64,000 bases of DNA from NCBI GenBank assembly GCA_032718475.1, contig JAUCBJ010008864.1, positions 108,114 to 172,113 on the forward strand. Direction: 5' to 3'. Source of the DNA: Nemertoderma westbladi. Taxonomy: Eukaryota; Animalia; Xenacoelomorpha. Position numbers and translations under genes: made by a program. Of the stretch, positions 1 through 11,632 are shown one piece after another. Each line of letters starts with the position of its first letter. Within the stretch, counting starts at the first letter, position 1. The notes below the pieces were generated by a model that was not told where the DNA came from, did not search any database, and worked only from the letters and a program-made list of their open reading frames with translations.

Positions 1-2544
1 GGATGTGTGTGATCCAATATCTTTGTCTTATATTAGCTATAATCCAGTTTTGTCCTGCGTGATGGTTCTCCTCGTGACATTGTTGAATTAATAGCTTGGC
101 TAGTGTTGAAGTTCCGGGCAGAAGCGCCGGGTATTTAACCTCATATTCGACCGGGGCGTTTGCCATCCGGGTATTCAGTCGGATCAGTCCGTCCTCTCCC
201 ATCATTGGTCTCAGTTGGTAGACTGGGCTATCCGGTTTCAAGGTCTTGCCCGCACCGAGTTGTTCCCACTCATCGGGGAAACTTTCTCTCTGGACATATC
301 CAATGATACACTTCTCCGCGATAATGAGTTCTTGTATACTCCGTTGAACTATCGGCTTGTTGTCTTTCCACCGTAGGAAGTTGCGAAGGGTTATAATGTG
401 GTGGATGAGCCGTCTCATTGATGAAGTTCGCTCGATCAACAGATGTAAAGACGCCGCTGGTTGAATGATCGTCGCAACGTTATAGTGCCTGCCCGAGTCC
501 TTTGCAGGCTCAGTCAGACAACTATAAATTTCCACTGCGTTGCTTCTATGGACTTTACGGATCTCTTTGTCGTCCTCGGAGTATTTTCCGCTATCGAGTT
601 CGGGGTCGAATCGGGTACTCCATGTTAATTGTGGCTGCTGTAGGAATTCTGGGCCTGTAAGCCAGAGTTTGCTTTTACCGAGTTGTTTTGGGGTGGCGCC
701 TCGGCTTGATAAGTCCGCTGGATTTTCTTTCCCGTTCACGTGGTGCCACTGTTCTCGGCCGGTACACTGTTTAATCTCCGTGGCTCGGTTCGCAACAAAT
801 GTAGTATGACGCCGTGATGGAGAGTGGAGATAATAGAGAACTATACTCGAATCGACCCAGAAGTGTTGAGACTCGATGGGGATTCGTAGGTTCCGCATGA
901 CCATGCGATTCTGTCTTACTGCCCAAACTGCAGCCTGTAGCTCGAGTCTTGGAATCGTTGCTACGAATTCCCCGGATACTGTCTTAGCTTTAGAAAATAA
1001 AAAGCTCGTATCGCCGTTTCCGTCGTTGCTTAGTCTTCATAAGAGGTGACTACGCCGATTCCGGTATTCGAAGCATCCGAGAAGGTATGGAGCTGGAAAA
1101 TATCGGTGGGTAGCTTGTCGAGGAAGAACGGTCGAGGTATCCGCATAAGATGTAGGTGTTCGAGCTGGTCCATCCATTTTCTCCATTTGACGCTGAGGTG
1201 TGGGGGGAGTTCTTCATCCTATCCCAGTCCTTCTATCCACATTTCTTTAATCAGGTTCATTCCGGCCAGGGTTACCGGAGATATGAAATTTAGTGGGTCG
1301 AAGATTGCGCTTTTTATCGACAAACATCCCCTTTTCGTCATAGGCTTGGGTAGGGGTTTATATTTGAAAATGAATTCGTCTGATTCTATGTCCCATTCAA
1401 TCCCGAGTACACAGTGTTCCACATCCTCCGAATACATTTTGTTATTTTCCAGTTGGATGTCCTCCGGAAACTTTTCCATAAGTGTTTTGTCGTGGGATCT
1501 GAACTTCACGAGCGGAAAACCTCCTTTCTTTAGACATTCTACCATCCCCATTGCTAGCCGGTATGCCTCGTCCACATTATCTGCGCCGGCGCATCCATCG
1601 TCCACGTAAAAGCATCGTCGGATGGTTTCTATGACGGTTGGAGGGAACTCGTTTTCGCACATAGTTGCCGTCCTTTTCAGCATGTCACTGCATGCTACCG
1701 GCGAGTCCTTAGCGCCGAAGATCTTGACGACCATACGCATTATGTCTACGTCCTTTATCGTAAGTTGACTAATCTCCTGTTGAGTTAGTGTTTTATCCGT
1801 CCATAGGATACGTAGACAGTCTGAGTCTCTTGGTAGCGTACGACCTTGATGAAACATGGCCTTGATGTCGCAGGTGAATGCTACCCGGTTTTCCCTGAAC
1901 CTGATCAATACGCCGATGAGTGTACTATATATGTTGGGTCCCGTGTAAAGCTGACTGTTTAGGGATTCGCCCGGGTACATAGCGGCGCCATCATTTACCA
2001 CTCGGATTTTCCCACCCTTCCGGGCTTCTACCACATAGTGGGTTGGGAGATAATATGTTCTTTTACCACCTTGCAGTTCATTCCGTGGTACCATTTCTGC
2101 TAATCCATCGTCGAGATATCCTTGGATTACGGTATTATATTTCTCCTTTATCTCAGGTTGGTCATTCAGCCGGCGTAGAATCCCCTTAAGTCGCCTAAGT
2201 GCCATGCTGGCGTTGTTTGCCATTGGTTTGTTTGGGTCCTTCCATAACATAGGTGAACACCAGTGTCCGTCTTTGAACGTGGCCTGGTCGAGAACGTCCA
2301 TACAATATTGATCCTCTTCGGACGGGTTTTCGTCCTTTTCAGCGAACTCCTGGGTCTCTAGATTAAAATATTTCGTCATCTCTTGTTGGGTTTTCTCGGT
2401 CTCCAGAAACAAATCCTCGTCAAGGTCCGTAGCTGAGCAATAACCCACGGAGGTTGCATTCTCTTTAATCTGACATTTGGGAAGGTAGGTATAGGTGTCA
2501 GTAGTTTCTTCCTTAATGCCGCAGAGTGTCCATCCCATTATTGT
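1..2544 (-). pseudogene. Bel/Pao RT-RNase H part of pol, disrupted
   Basis: ORF 1219-2538 with YVDD; in-frame TAG at 1219-1221 replaces W of the WDE.LP motif; frameshift near 1040 after GIGVVT. Confidence 0.9.
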
Positions 2545-5235
2545 TCATTCAGCATAAAATCCGTCATCCTGTTTTATAGATCGGGCGATATCTCCGGTGG
2601 GGATGTGTAGTTCCGGTGTATCAAGTCCGATCAGTAGGGTGATGCGGTTTACGTCCAACTGCGGACACCTCAGATCTACATCGTCTCGGTCTAATTGTAT
2701 GAGGGGGGCGTACTCGGCCGATTGTCGGAACCGCACTCGGAGGTCTGTGTGTACCAAGGCGTTCTTGATGGTTAACTTAACCGTTTCGTAGCCCTTCATC
2801 ACTCCTTCCATCTGGAGTTGCACCTCCCCGGACTCTACCTCTCTGTTATCGGTGATGGTTTGTATGGGCCGTTTACAAGGTTCATATTCTAGGCCGAGTT
2901 GCTCGAGGAAATCCCGGTCGATGATGGTTCCGTCAGACCCGTTATCAAGGAACGCGAGCGTCGTCAGGGATTTGCCAACTCCTTGAATCCTTACTGGGAT
3001 TACCTTTGCGAAGACCATGTAGCGGCGATTTATAAGATTAATCGTGGCTGAAATATTTGTTACTTGTGGTGTATCGGTGGAGATTTTAAACGGGTTGGTT
3101 TCTCTCCGTTGGGTTGTCCGGGTTCCTTTGAAAACGTGGTTCGTTTCTCCTCTTCGCTTGGCTTCGATCCGAAAGGGGAGGGTAGTGAAATCGAAGTTCG
3201 CGGGGATGTGGAGGAGCGTGTGATGACGTTGGTCGTTACAGACGGCACAGCACGATCTTTGGTCGCAATCCTGAACATAGTGACCTGTTCCAAGACACCG
3301 GAAGCATCCTCGGTGTTTCATTATCGCCTCGAAGCGTGGGACGAGTTCGGCGAACTGAAACTTCCTGCAGAATTCCACTTTATGTTTCTCTCCACAGAAG
3401 AGACAGAGGAGGGAGTTTGTGATGCCTTCCCTCTCGGGTGCCCAATTCGCAAGGTAACACGCCCATTCCTTGGCGGATGTCGGTTCCTCGTAGTCTTCGT
3501 CGTCGGAATCCTTGGCCATGGTGATGGCCATCGTACTCACCGGTGGGGGGCGGAATCTCGGTTTCGGAGGGGGTATCTTACTCCTGGAGTTGCTCTCTAT
3601 TCCGTCCAACTTGGTGAGACTCTGTTTTGAAAACATCGAGTCATTCATGGCTTCGGAGATATCGTCCAGGAATGCCGACATTTCAAGGAAGCTAGGATCT
3701 CGATCTGGATGTCTGCGCCGGAGATCTACGCATTTATAAGCCCACTTACTTTGTAGCCATCCGGGGAACTTCCGGGCGATCTGTCGGAGGTTTAGAATGT
3801 TGTTCACCTGGTCCTCCTTATTTAAGGGTTTCAGAGTATAGTAGGCATCCTTCATAGAGTCGGAGAATTCCTGGATGTTCTGTGGGTCCCCTAGTGATCC
3901 CGCGTCCTGTATCAGTCTCTCTAGAGTTTTATTAATTATAGTTCCGGTATTTCCGTATCTTTTATCTAGAGTTTTCCATGCGTCATAGTATGCCTCATGA
4001 GAACCTCCCTCAAAACATGCAATAATTCTGCGTGGTTTGTCACCCAGGTATGGCGATAAATATACCAATTTCTGTGCGTCGGCTATGTCCGTTGATCCAA
4101 TCTGCGCAAAGAACCGTTTCTTGAATCTGAGGTAATCGACGGGATCTCCTTCGAAGGTGCGGATCTCCATCTTAGGCATGGCAAGGCGGTTTTCCAACGC
4201 CCGGATAATACCGACGTCGTCCGAACTGGAGTGACTCGGAGGGTTATAGTTATTGGCACTCACTCCCATACTCGATGGATCAATGATAGGTGGAGTTTTA
4301 ATAATGACGCGACTACGGGTTTGTGGTGTGGATGTAAATGGGTTGTTGGATCGGGGAGTGGCGTCCCGTTCCGAGTCCCTTTCAGGCTCGTACTTGCGTA
4401 CACTCGTTGTCGTGGGGTTGGATGGGAAACACGGTTCCTCATTTTTCAGCGTAACCGGTGGGGGATGGAACACCGGTGCTTGTGCCGATAACGTAGACTG
4501 TATGGTAGGTGGGATCTCGGGTTTCGGAAGTTTCGCCGCTGTTGGTGTAAATGACTTCTCTAATTCCGGTACCGGGATTGGTTCATATTCCTGATCTATA
4601 TCCCTTTCCCAGTCCTCGTAGAGTTGAATATCTCGTTCTATAAGTGCGGCTTCGTACTCTGCGAGTTTCGCGATATCCGCATTCTTTTTGTGTATGAGAA
4701 TCGCTTGGGCCTCGGCGTGTTGTTTACGCATTTCAGCTTCCCATTTGCGTTGTTCGATCTCTTGTTGGGCCTCTCGTCCCCGTTGTTCAGCTTCCTGTTC
4801 ACGTTGTTCGGCTTGCCGTTGGGCCTCTTTTCTACGTTGTTCAGCTTCCTGTTCACGTTGTTCGGCTTGCAGTTGGGCCTCTCGTCTACGTTGTTCAGCT
4901 TCCTGTTCACGTTGTTCGGCTTGCAGTTGGGCCTCTCGTCTATGTTGTTCAGCTTCCTGTTCACGTTGTTCAGCCTGCCGTTTGGCCGCTTGTTCGGCCT
5001 CTTGTTTTTGCATTTCGGCGGCTAATACATCTTGCTCGGTTTGCAGTTGAACGTACTCATCTTCCATCCGGGCTTTAAGGGCTAATGCCTTCTGTTCTCG
5101 TAGCTGATCTCGGAGTGGCGGCCCCCCTTGAGAACTGCGCGCTAAACAAAAATTCAATTTTATTTTTGTAGTATACTGTGTTTGCATATGCTTGAGTGTG
5201 CCATTGTACCCCACATTCGTTACCGGTACAAGCAA
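2545..5235 (-). CDS. Bel/Pao Gag-protease part of polyprotein (start uncertain; ends at premature TGA)
   Basis: 896-aa ORF with coiled-coil repeats, DUF1759-like motif, Cys/His knuckles and aspartic protease motif; frame continues through TGA (2545-2547) into TIMGWTLCG. Confidence 0.85.
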   Translation of the reverse strand: MLVPVTNVGYNGTLKHMQTQYTTKIKLNFCLARSSQGGPPLRDQLREQKALALKARMEDEYVQLQTEQDVLAAEMQKQEAEQAAKRQAEQREQEAEQHRREAQLQAEQREQEAEQRRREAQLQAEQREQEAEQRRKEAQRQAEQREQEAEQRGREAQQEIEQRKWEAEMRKQHAEAQAILIHKKNADIAKLAEYEAALIERDIQLYEDWERDIDQEYEPIPVPELEKSFTPTAAKLPKPEIPPTIQSTLSAQAPVFHPPPVTLKNEEPCFPSNPTTTSVRKYEPERDSERDATPRSNNPFTSTPQTRSRVIIKTPPIIDPSSMGVSANNYNPPSHSSSDDVGIIRALENRLAMPKMEIRTFEGDPVDYLRFKKRFFAQIGSTDIADAQKLVYLSPYLGDKPRRIIACFEGGSHEAYYDAWKTLDKRYGNTGTIINKTLERLIQDAGSLGDPQNIQEFSDSMKDAYYTLKPLNKEDQVNNILNLRQIARKFPGWLQSKWAYKCVDLRRRHPDRDPSFLEMSAFLDDISEAMNDSMFSKQSLTKLDGIESNSRSKIPPPKPRFRPPPVSTMAITMAKDSDDEDYEEPTSAKEWACYLANWAPEREGITNSLLCLFCGEKHKVEFCRKFQFAELVPRFEAIMKHRGCFRCLGTGHYVQDCDQRSCCAVCNDQRHHTLLHIPANFDFTTLPFRIEAKRRGETNHVFKGTRTTQRRETNPFKISTDTPQVTNISATINLINRRYMVFAKVIPVRIQGVGKSLTTLAFLDNGSDGTIIDRDFLEQLGLEYEPCKRPIQTITDNREVESGEVQLQMEGVMKGYETVKLTIKNALVHTDLRVRFRQSAEYAPLIQLDRDDVDLRCPQLDVNRITLLIGLDTPELHIPTGDIARSIKQDDGFYAE
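4740..4995 (-). repeat. 54-bp (18-aa) tandem repeat in gag coiled-coil
   Basis: About 4 copies encoding REAQLQAEQREQEAEQRR-like units. Confidence 0.9.
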
Positions 5236-5756
5236 TCCAACCCCAACAACCTCAAATAATTTAGTTTGATAATGATTGGAAATTAGGTTCCCATTAAGAA
5301 TTGACCAATTGGAGTTCTGTACCGGTCACATTCAGTCCTAAAGTATTTACTATGCCTAAGTCTCAACTGTGTTGCAGAATCGGCTGGTAATGCACCATAA
5401 TGATGGATTGCGGAGATTCCTATATTCCTCATGTTTCGATAATTTTTTCCATCCGAAGGGGAGTGAGGGGGGGGGGGGGGGGGGGGGGGTGGGGGTTGGG
5501 AATGACAACTACAATTTGTACCGGAGTCTCAGTAATAATACATTCCTAATTGGAATTGAGGTACATAAAGACTTTACTCGTTGTGTGTATGCAGTACGAA
5601 TTCACACAATATTATGACATAGATATAATTCAATACATATCTTAATTACAACAATTTTGTACTGCAATTTGTTGTGTCCGTTGATTAGAAAATTTGAAAG
5701 GTTAGAGATCACAGATAGGCGGCCTGCCACGTTCACACCTATGCAGATATATGACT

Positions 5757-5941
5757 TGGTGGGAAGAAACATTTTTTTTAAACATTCAGTAAGGGCGGCG
5801 TTGAGTGAGGTGAATTCGCCGCCCCTCCAAAGGACGGAGTCTACATACTGGGTGGGAAGAAACATTTTTTAAAAACATTCAGTAAGGGCGGCGTTGAGTG
5901 AGGTGAATTTGCCGCCCCTCCAAAGGATGGAGTCTACATAT
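5757..5941. repeat. Tandem duplication of about 90 bp, each unit with a GC hairpin
   Basis: TGGGAAGAAACATTTT...AGTCTACATA twice; stem GGGCGGCG (5793-5800)/CGCCGCCC (5817-5824), repeated at 5886-5917. Confidence 0.85.
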
Positions 5942-7749
5942 AGGACGCATAGTTACTGCGAAAACGGTGCCCCCCTCCCCCCCATTCGTCCTATTTCCTG
6001 AGGTACGATTTTCTTGATTTTTGGAGGGAGGACGCGGAAGACCAAAAAAATAAGATTCTTCAGAGCTTTTAGCGAATCTATCGTTTTGACGGACAATTGT
6101 CTGTTTTTTTTGTCTTTTTTTCACTAGGACTCTTAGAAAAAGTCTAGTATATGCATCGATGGACACCGGGAATCGAAGGAGGGGGTATAAATTAGACGAT
6201 TCCATTTCTTGGAATACCGCATCTCCAGGCTTGTTTTCCGTCTATTGTCCGTCAAAGTAGAAAAAGCGGATAAAGTGACATTGCCGGATCCATAATAACT
6301 CGGCTACTATTTATCATACGGGAACAAAAGTACCGCGATTGCAACGAAGAGGAGTGTATCTACCTTTGTATCGATTTATTAAAATTTCGGGTGGAAAAAG
6401 GTGCCGAAAATTTGTATGTTTTTTGTCTGTCTTTTTTCGAAATTTTATTTCCGAAATGTTTAATTTGACAATGCGGGTACGAATCCACTAATTCTTTTTT
6501 GAAACTCGTAGAAGACCATTGGGGCTACGTTTCTATCGAATGGGGGTACAAAAAATATGTCTGCAAAAGGGGCCAAAAAGGGCCCCAGAATATGTAAAAT
6601 ACTTTTTATCGAATAACTTTTTATTTTTGACTTTTGTTGGTTAAGGTACATTCTATAGGGTCAATATCGATACGGGGAATTCAAATATGCTATCGGTTTT
6701 GCTCCGCTGACGCTATTAAAAAAATGAGGGCCAAAATTTAAATTGCGAGCATCAAACTCGCTTCGCGGAATCGTCTAGCTCGAAAACTACTTAATTTACG
6801 GGAGATTTGTTTACACAGATTTATAGTGCGTTAAATTATCTATCTAACAGCGTTAGTTACAGCGCCGTAGCTTTTATACAACTGGAGCGGCAGACGATAG
6901 TGTGAAATATAATATTTATAAAAAAGGGACGAAAATTTTTTTTATTAATAAATCGCTACTCAAACTAGCTGTAAAATGTAGCAAATTAACTCCGCTATTT
7001 TTTTTCTTAACATTTATAATTAAAATTACGAATTTTAAGGGTCGAAAAATATCGCATAATTTTGGCCCTTTTTTTCATTATTTTTTTTGGGCCAAAAATG
7101 ACCCCCTCTCAAAAGATAGAAAAAAAATTACGGCAAAGAATATACCAATTTTAGTGAATTTGGACCACCAGAACCGAAGTTAGAGCGATTTTAGTGAAAA
7201 AATCAAAATAATTTTTTTTTTGCCAAAAATTAAGAATGGTCAATATTGGATTTCGCACCCGCGAACTTAGGTATCGTTAACGTGATTGATAACCACTAGA
7301 CTACGTGACCAAGAGAATTTGAAATTTTCGAGTGACTATTTTTAAACATCAATAACTTCGGTTCTACTGGGCTGTTTGATCTGAAACTTTTTTCATTGGA
7401 TAGAGGATAGATTGTAGTGTGTGAAATAGGATACAAACTTGGGAAAAGACGCATGTGCACTTAGTGCAAAATGCACTTAAAAAGTGCACATTTTTCTATA
7501 TTTCAAACACAATTATTTCCAGTTCTATTTTTTTGGATTAAAATGTCGTCTGGAGTGATTTCTAATTATAATCTTAACATTTGTTTAACTTTTTATGTCT
7601 ATAAAGTGACTTAAAATGTCCATGAATATGGTCCAAAATCGCAAATGTCGAGATTTATTAAATTGTATTTTTGACACTTTTAGTAACTGACACTTGATCA
7701 TACACCATCGTAGATCGTTAGAGGATAAAGTTAAGTGTGTTAAATAGGA

Positions 7750-9130
7750 ACCATCTTTAGGCTCCGCTAAAGTGCACTTGTACAAATAAGTGTGCAAACG
7801 TGCAAATTTTTAATGATATCAAAAAGTATAGTATTGGGTTCTTTTCGTTGCAGATACTTTATTTTCATATTATTATGTTGTTTGGACCTTAATGAGCGCA
7901 TCCTGGATAGGTGTATAAATAACCGGTCCGATTAAGGGTTTCATTGGGTAAATTAATAAAACATAAGGTTGTAATATTATAAAAAACCAGTATGATATTA
8001 AATGCACTTTAAACAATCAATAGAGATCAAATAACAAATGAACCACACAATTAAAAACTCGCACAATTTCGGACTTAATATATTGCTTCAAATTTATTCA
8101 ACAGTGGATATTTGGGGGAAGTAAGCTGAACTGCATTTATGCAGTGAATAAAACTTCCCCCTTTGTGATATAATATACCAAAGGCACACTCTTTGGAGGA
8201 CTTGTTGTTTACTATGTAGGCTTTGTTCAACCTAAACAACGTCAGTCAGATTAACAATATACTGTAAATTTTCTAAATGACGGTGAGTGGTATAAATAAA
8301 ATGCTGAACTTCGAACTATGGTTCTGGAATTGTCTTTTAATACAGCAACATCTATAGTGATTTACCCATAAATGAAATCTAGAATCCATTGTTACAGTAT
8401 AATGGTAACAATAACCAGATATTCTATGTAGATCATAACAGAAACTCCTTATTGATTCACTATTATAATTTCAGAGCTGAAATGTTTCGTGGACTATAAC
8501 TCACAGACAACATATCGTGTACAAACGACCTAGTAGTGCATATTTATTTTCGTGGGTTATGTAGGGGAAGGTTCCACTTCGAGGAAAATAATATGTCGTT
8601 AACAAGTAATATAAAAATAACGTGTCCAGCTGTCCTCCCCTCCCTGCCACTCGACCAGTGCCTTTCTTCCCTCCTCCATTTAGGATCAGCTAAAGTGCAC
8701 TTGTACAAATAAGTGTGCAAAAGTGCAAAATTTTTAATAAGGTCAAATAGTTCAATAATGTCAAATAGCTCAATACATTGTTTTTTGTGATTTCTAACTG
8801 TATTCTTGACATGTGTGTAACATGAAAGATATTTACGAAAAGGTACAACAGACATCAAATATGGCAAAAAGCAGATGTGATATTCACTTCCATCCAATCC
8901 AATTCACTTTGAACAATAAATAGAGATCAAATAACACATGGACCACACAATTTAAAACTCACACAATATTGAACTTATTATATCGCTTCAAATTAAATTA
9001 AAATTGGATATTTGGCGAAAGGGGGAAGTTAGAATAACTGCATTTATGTGACAGTGTGCATTCGGGGGAAATTTGGTGAACTGCATTTATGCAGTGAATC
9101 CAAACTTTCCCCTTTGAGATATCATATACG
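7750..9130. repeat. Two diverged direct copies (about 7750-8180 and 8676-9130) of a non-coding repeat ending in a hairpin; probable end of a non-autonomous DNA element
   Basis: Shared GCTAAAGTGCACTTGTACAAATAAGTGTGCAAA and ATAGAGATCAAATAACA...CCACACAATT blocks; hairpin GGGGGAAGT (8114-8122)/ACTTCCCCC (8153-8161) enclosing ACTGCATTTATGCAGT. Confidence 0.7.
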
Positions 9131-10546
9131 TAAGACATGCTATAGGGTGTCGGGGAAATATTTATTACTGTCACACTTTGCTTCCATTTATCCTATCCTA
9201 TATTATTACTCCAATCAGATACGAGATACTAATCAGTATTTAGAACTCTAAACTGTCTTTCATGCCAACAAAATTCTAACTAAAGACGGGTGAATGACCA
9301 GACCATGCTGCCATGACCATGGAAATAATGTTAAATATAATTATATTTCAAATATTTTGGAAGGCTTCCAAGTTAAACCCCAAAACAATTATTTCATTAC
9401 ATTTAGTAAATAACATTGCATGTTCTTCTTCCTCTCATAATAAAATATAATAATGAAATATATCTGATTGCAGAAACATTTCACAACCAAAATGTTTCAG
9501 TGTGAGATGTGTACCACACGCCCGCCCAAACAGCCGCAAACGCATCGCCAACAAATTTAACACAAGGTTACATACATGTTGGGTTAATGACAAGTGAAAA
9601 TTGATCGTGTAATATAAACTAAATTAGGTAAATTTGGCTCTCCTCCACTTCCTTACCTGTGTACCCGATATAATGTTGTTGTTAATTGGGGCGGGTTTCT
9701 CTCGTTCCGGTTTCTAATTCTTATGACATGTTGTAGTTTCAATCAATATATTGGAATGGTCCTGTGGGTCCAAATTTCACACAATTCGTAAAACAGCTTT
9801 AATTATCAGCCGTTGAACTGTGACAGAAGTTAATTAAGTAAAACATTACAATTATATACTGTTAGGCCTATTTTTATATAACCAATCCAGCAACCGTATC
9901 GGACATTCCAAGATCCAAATTACTATCCTTTAATACAACACGGTTTATTTTTTTAGACATTTACATAAAATACTTTTCACGAATATTCACCTGTATTTTA
10001 TGGGTGTAGAAGGTGTTTAAATTAAGTTTTTCATACTCAAAACAACGTAATTCTTTATTTAGTTGTGACACCCGACGATAAAAATAATCAACTATATTTT
10101 CTAACTGAATAGTATAACTATATTAATATAAGGTAAATAAATATAAACGTCTCTAAATTAAAAAATAATTCATTATTAAAAGTCGAATTACAACTTATTT
10201 TTTACAATATACACCCCAAACGGGGTAATCATATTATAAGTATATATAAATAAATGATAGTTTAAAAAAATGCAAGAAATAATATTTTAAAAATACCTGC
10301 ACGGGGTGATTCTTATAAGGTATTGTAATAGAAGAAGCTCAATGTCCCTGCTGCCCTATACACTGATACAACATTCATTATCAGCAGCAACCCATTTACT
10401 GCCTGACTGACTGCCTACTGCAATTTTATTTTAATTATTAATTGAAAACTGAATAATAAACTGATAAACTGATAATAAACAGTGGATCTAACTGCTCTCA
10501 CACAATTTATTAGATAGAGTCAACAACAATACCTAAAAATCCGACA

Positions 10547-11632
10547 ATGTCTCGGCGTCAGTCGCAGGCTGCTCGAGTCGATATGTCGAAGCTGTTCAGC
10601 TGTGACTCCTGTGCAGCTCTGTTCGCTGAAAAAAAGAACTTCGACGAACATTCGAGGAACTGTGGGTCGCAGGAGCCAAGTATTTCGAACTGCCCACACT
10701 GCAAAAAGAAGGTCTCAAACTCCAACTGTCTTGCATGTGATATCTGCAACTCGTGGATTCACGGAGCGTGCCTTGAACTGTCGGCCGCTGACGTGCAAAT
10801 TCAAAGCAAATGCAAGAACTGCCGGATCGTCTGTAATGTCTGTGATGGTAAGGGTCCACTAACTATCGGTGGTTTGGGCTCCAATTGGTCGTTCCCAACC
10901 CCCGAAGCCGATGAGTTTATATCCCGCCTAGAAACGTCCTTAAAGTCTACAGTGTCGGACCTCGGTGCAAAGATCAACCATCTGTTCGAGGATGCTACCG
11001 CACAGAACGCAAGCCCCTCGGTCCAATCCGGGACCTGGAGCAGCGTGAGGGGTCGGAAATCGCGATCACACAATTCTCAGTTGCAACCGCAAACGCAAAC
11101 AATGACAGTGCACGATGTAACAAAGGAGGTAGCTGACCAACAAAGGCGTTCCGAAAACATCGTTATAAAGGGTCTGGTACTTCCAGATAACGAAGCTGAA
11201 GATATCACCGCCATTTCAGCTTTTCTATCTGGCGTTTTCGGTCTCAATAACTCCGTGGACCGGGTTCTTTTCAGACGGCCTAAATCCAATGAAGACAACA
11301 AACCTTCAATGGTGATTGCCAAGCTCTGCTCCGCCACGGCTAAGGCATCGATCATTAAGGAGAAAAAGAAACTCGCAAACTCCCCTGAGTACTCCTCGGT
11401 CTTTGTCTCTCCGGACCTTACGCGTTTGCAGGCGGAGCAGGATTACCAGCGCCGAAAGTCGCTCCGGGAGTCCCGCAACAAACGCAGTCGCAACTCAAAC
11501 GAGTTATCATCTACGGACAATAGTTCTACAACCCCAGCATCTCCCGCAGCGATCCCCACTGCTCAACAGTATAACCAGGACTCTGCTCGCGCCTCGAGGC
11601 CGGTTTCCAGTGATCAGCAGGGAAACCAGTAA
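10547..11632 (+). CDS. CR1 ORF1p: C2HC zinc finger, PHD finger, RRM-like/C-terminal domain
   Basis: CDSC..F....H...C; CPHC...CDICNSWIHGAC...CNVC (PHD); RRSENIVIKGL and VFVSPDLT motifs typical of invertebrate CR1 ORF1. Confidence 0.9.
   Translation: MSRRQSQAARVDMSKLFSCDSCAALFAEKKNFDEHSRNCGSQEPSISNCPHCKKKVSNSNCLACDICNSWIHGACLELSAADVQIQSKCKNCRIVCNVCDGKGPLTIGGLGSNWSFPTPEADEFISRLETSLKSTVSDLGAKINHLFEDATAQNASPSVQSGTWSSVRGRKSRSHNSQLQPQTQTMTVHDVTKEVADQQRRSENIVIKGLVLPDNEAEDITAISAFLSGVFGLNNSVDRVLFRRPKSNEDNKPSMVIAKLCSATAKASIIKEKKKLANSPEYSSVFVSPDLTRLQAEQDYQRRKSLRESRNKRSRNSNELSSTDNSSTTPASPAAIPTAQQYNQDSARASRPVSSDQQGNQ

Larger units (their letters stand above)
1..5235 (-). mobile_element. Bel/Pao LTR retrotransposon internal region (gag-protease-RT-RNase H, continuing off the left edge); LTRs not identified
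   Basis: Minus-strand translation gives Bel/Pao motifs in order: FEGDPVDYLRF (DUF1759 gag), CFRC..GH...DC / CAVC...HHTLLH knuckles, FLDNGS protease, YYLPTH..KIRVVND..CDIKAMFHQ..FYVDDG RT, LHTFSDAS / TIPRLELQAA / FVANR / HVNGKENPADLSSRG / WLTGPEFL RNase H region. Confidence 0.95.

Noticed and set aside
540-5050. Many plus-strand ORFs within the Bel/Pao element
   Set aside because: Antisense shadows of gag-pol and its 54-bp repeats.
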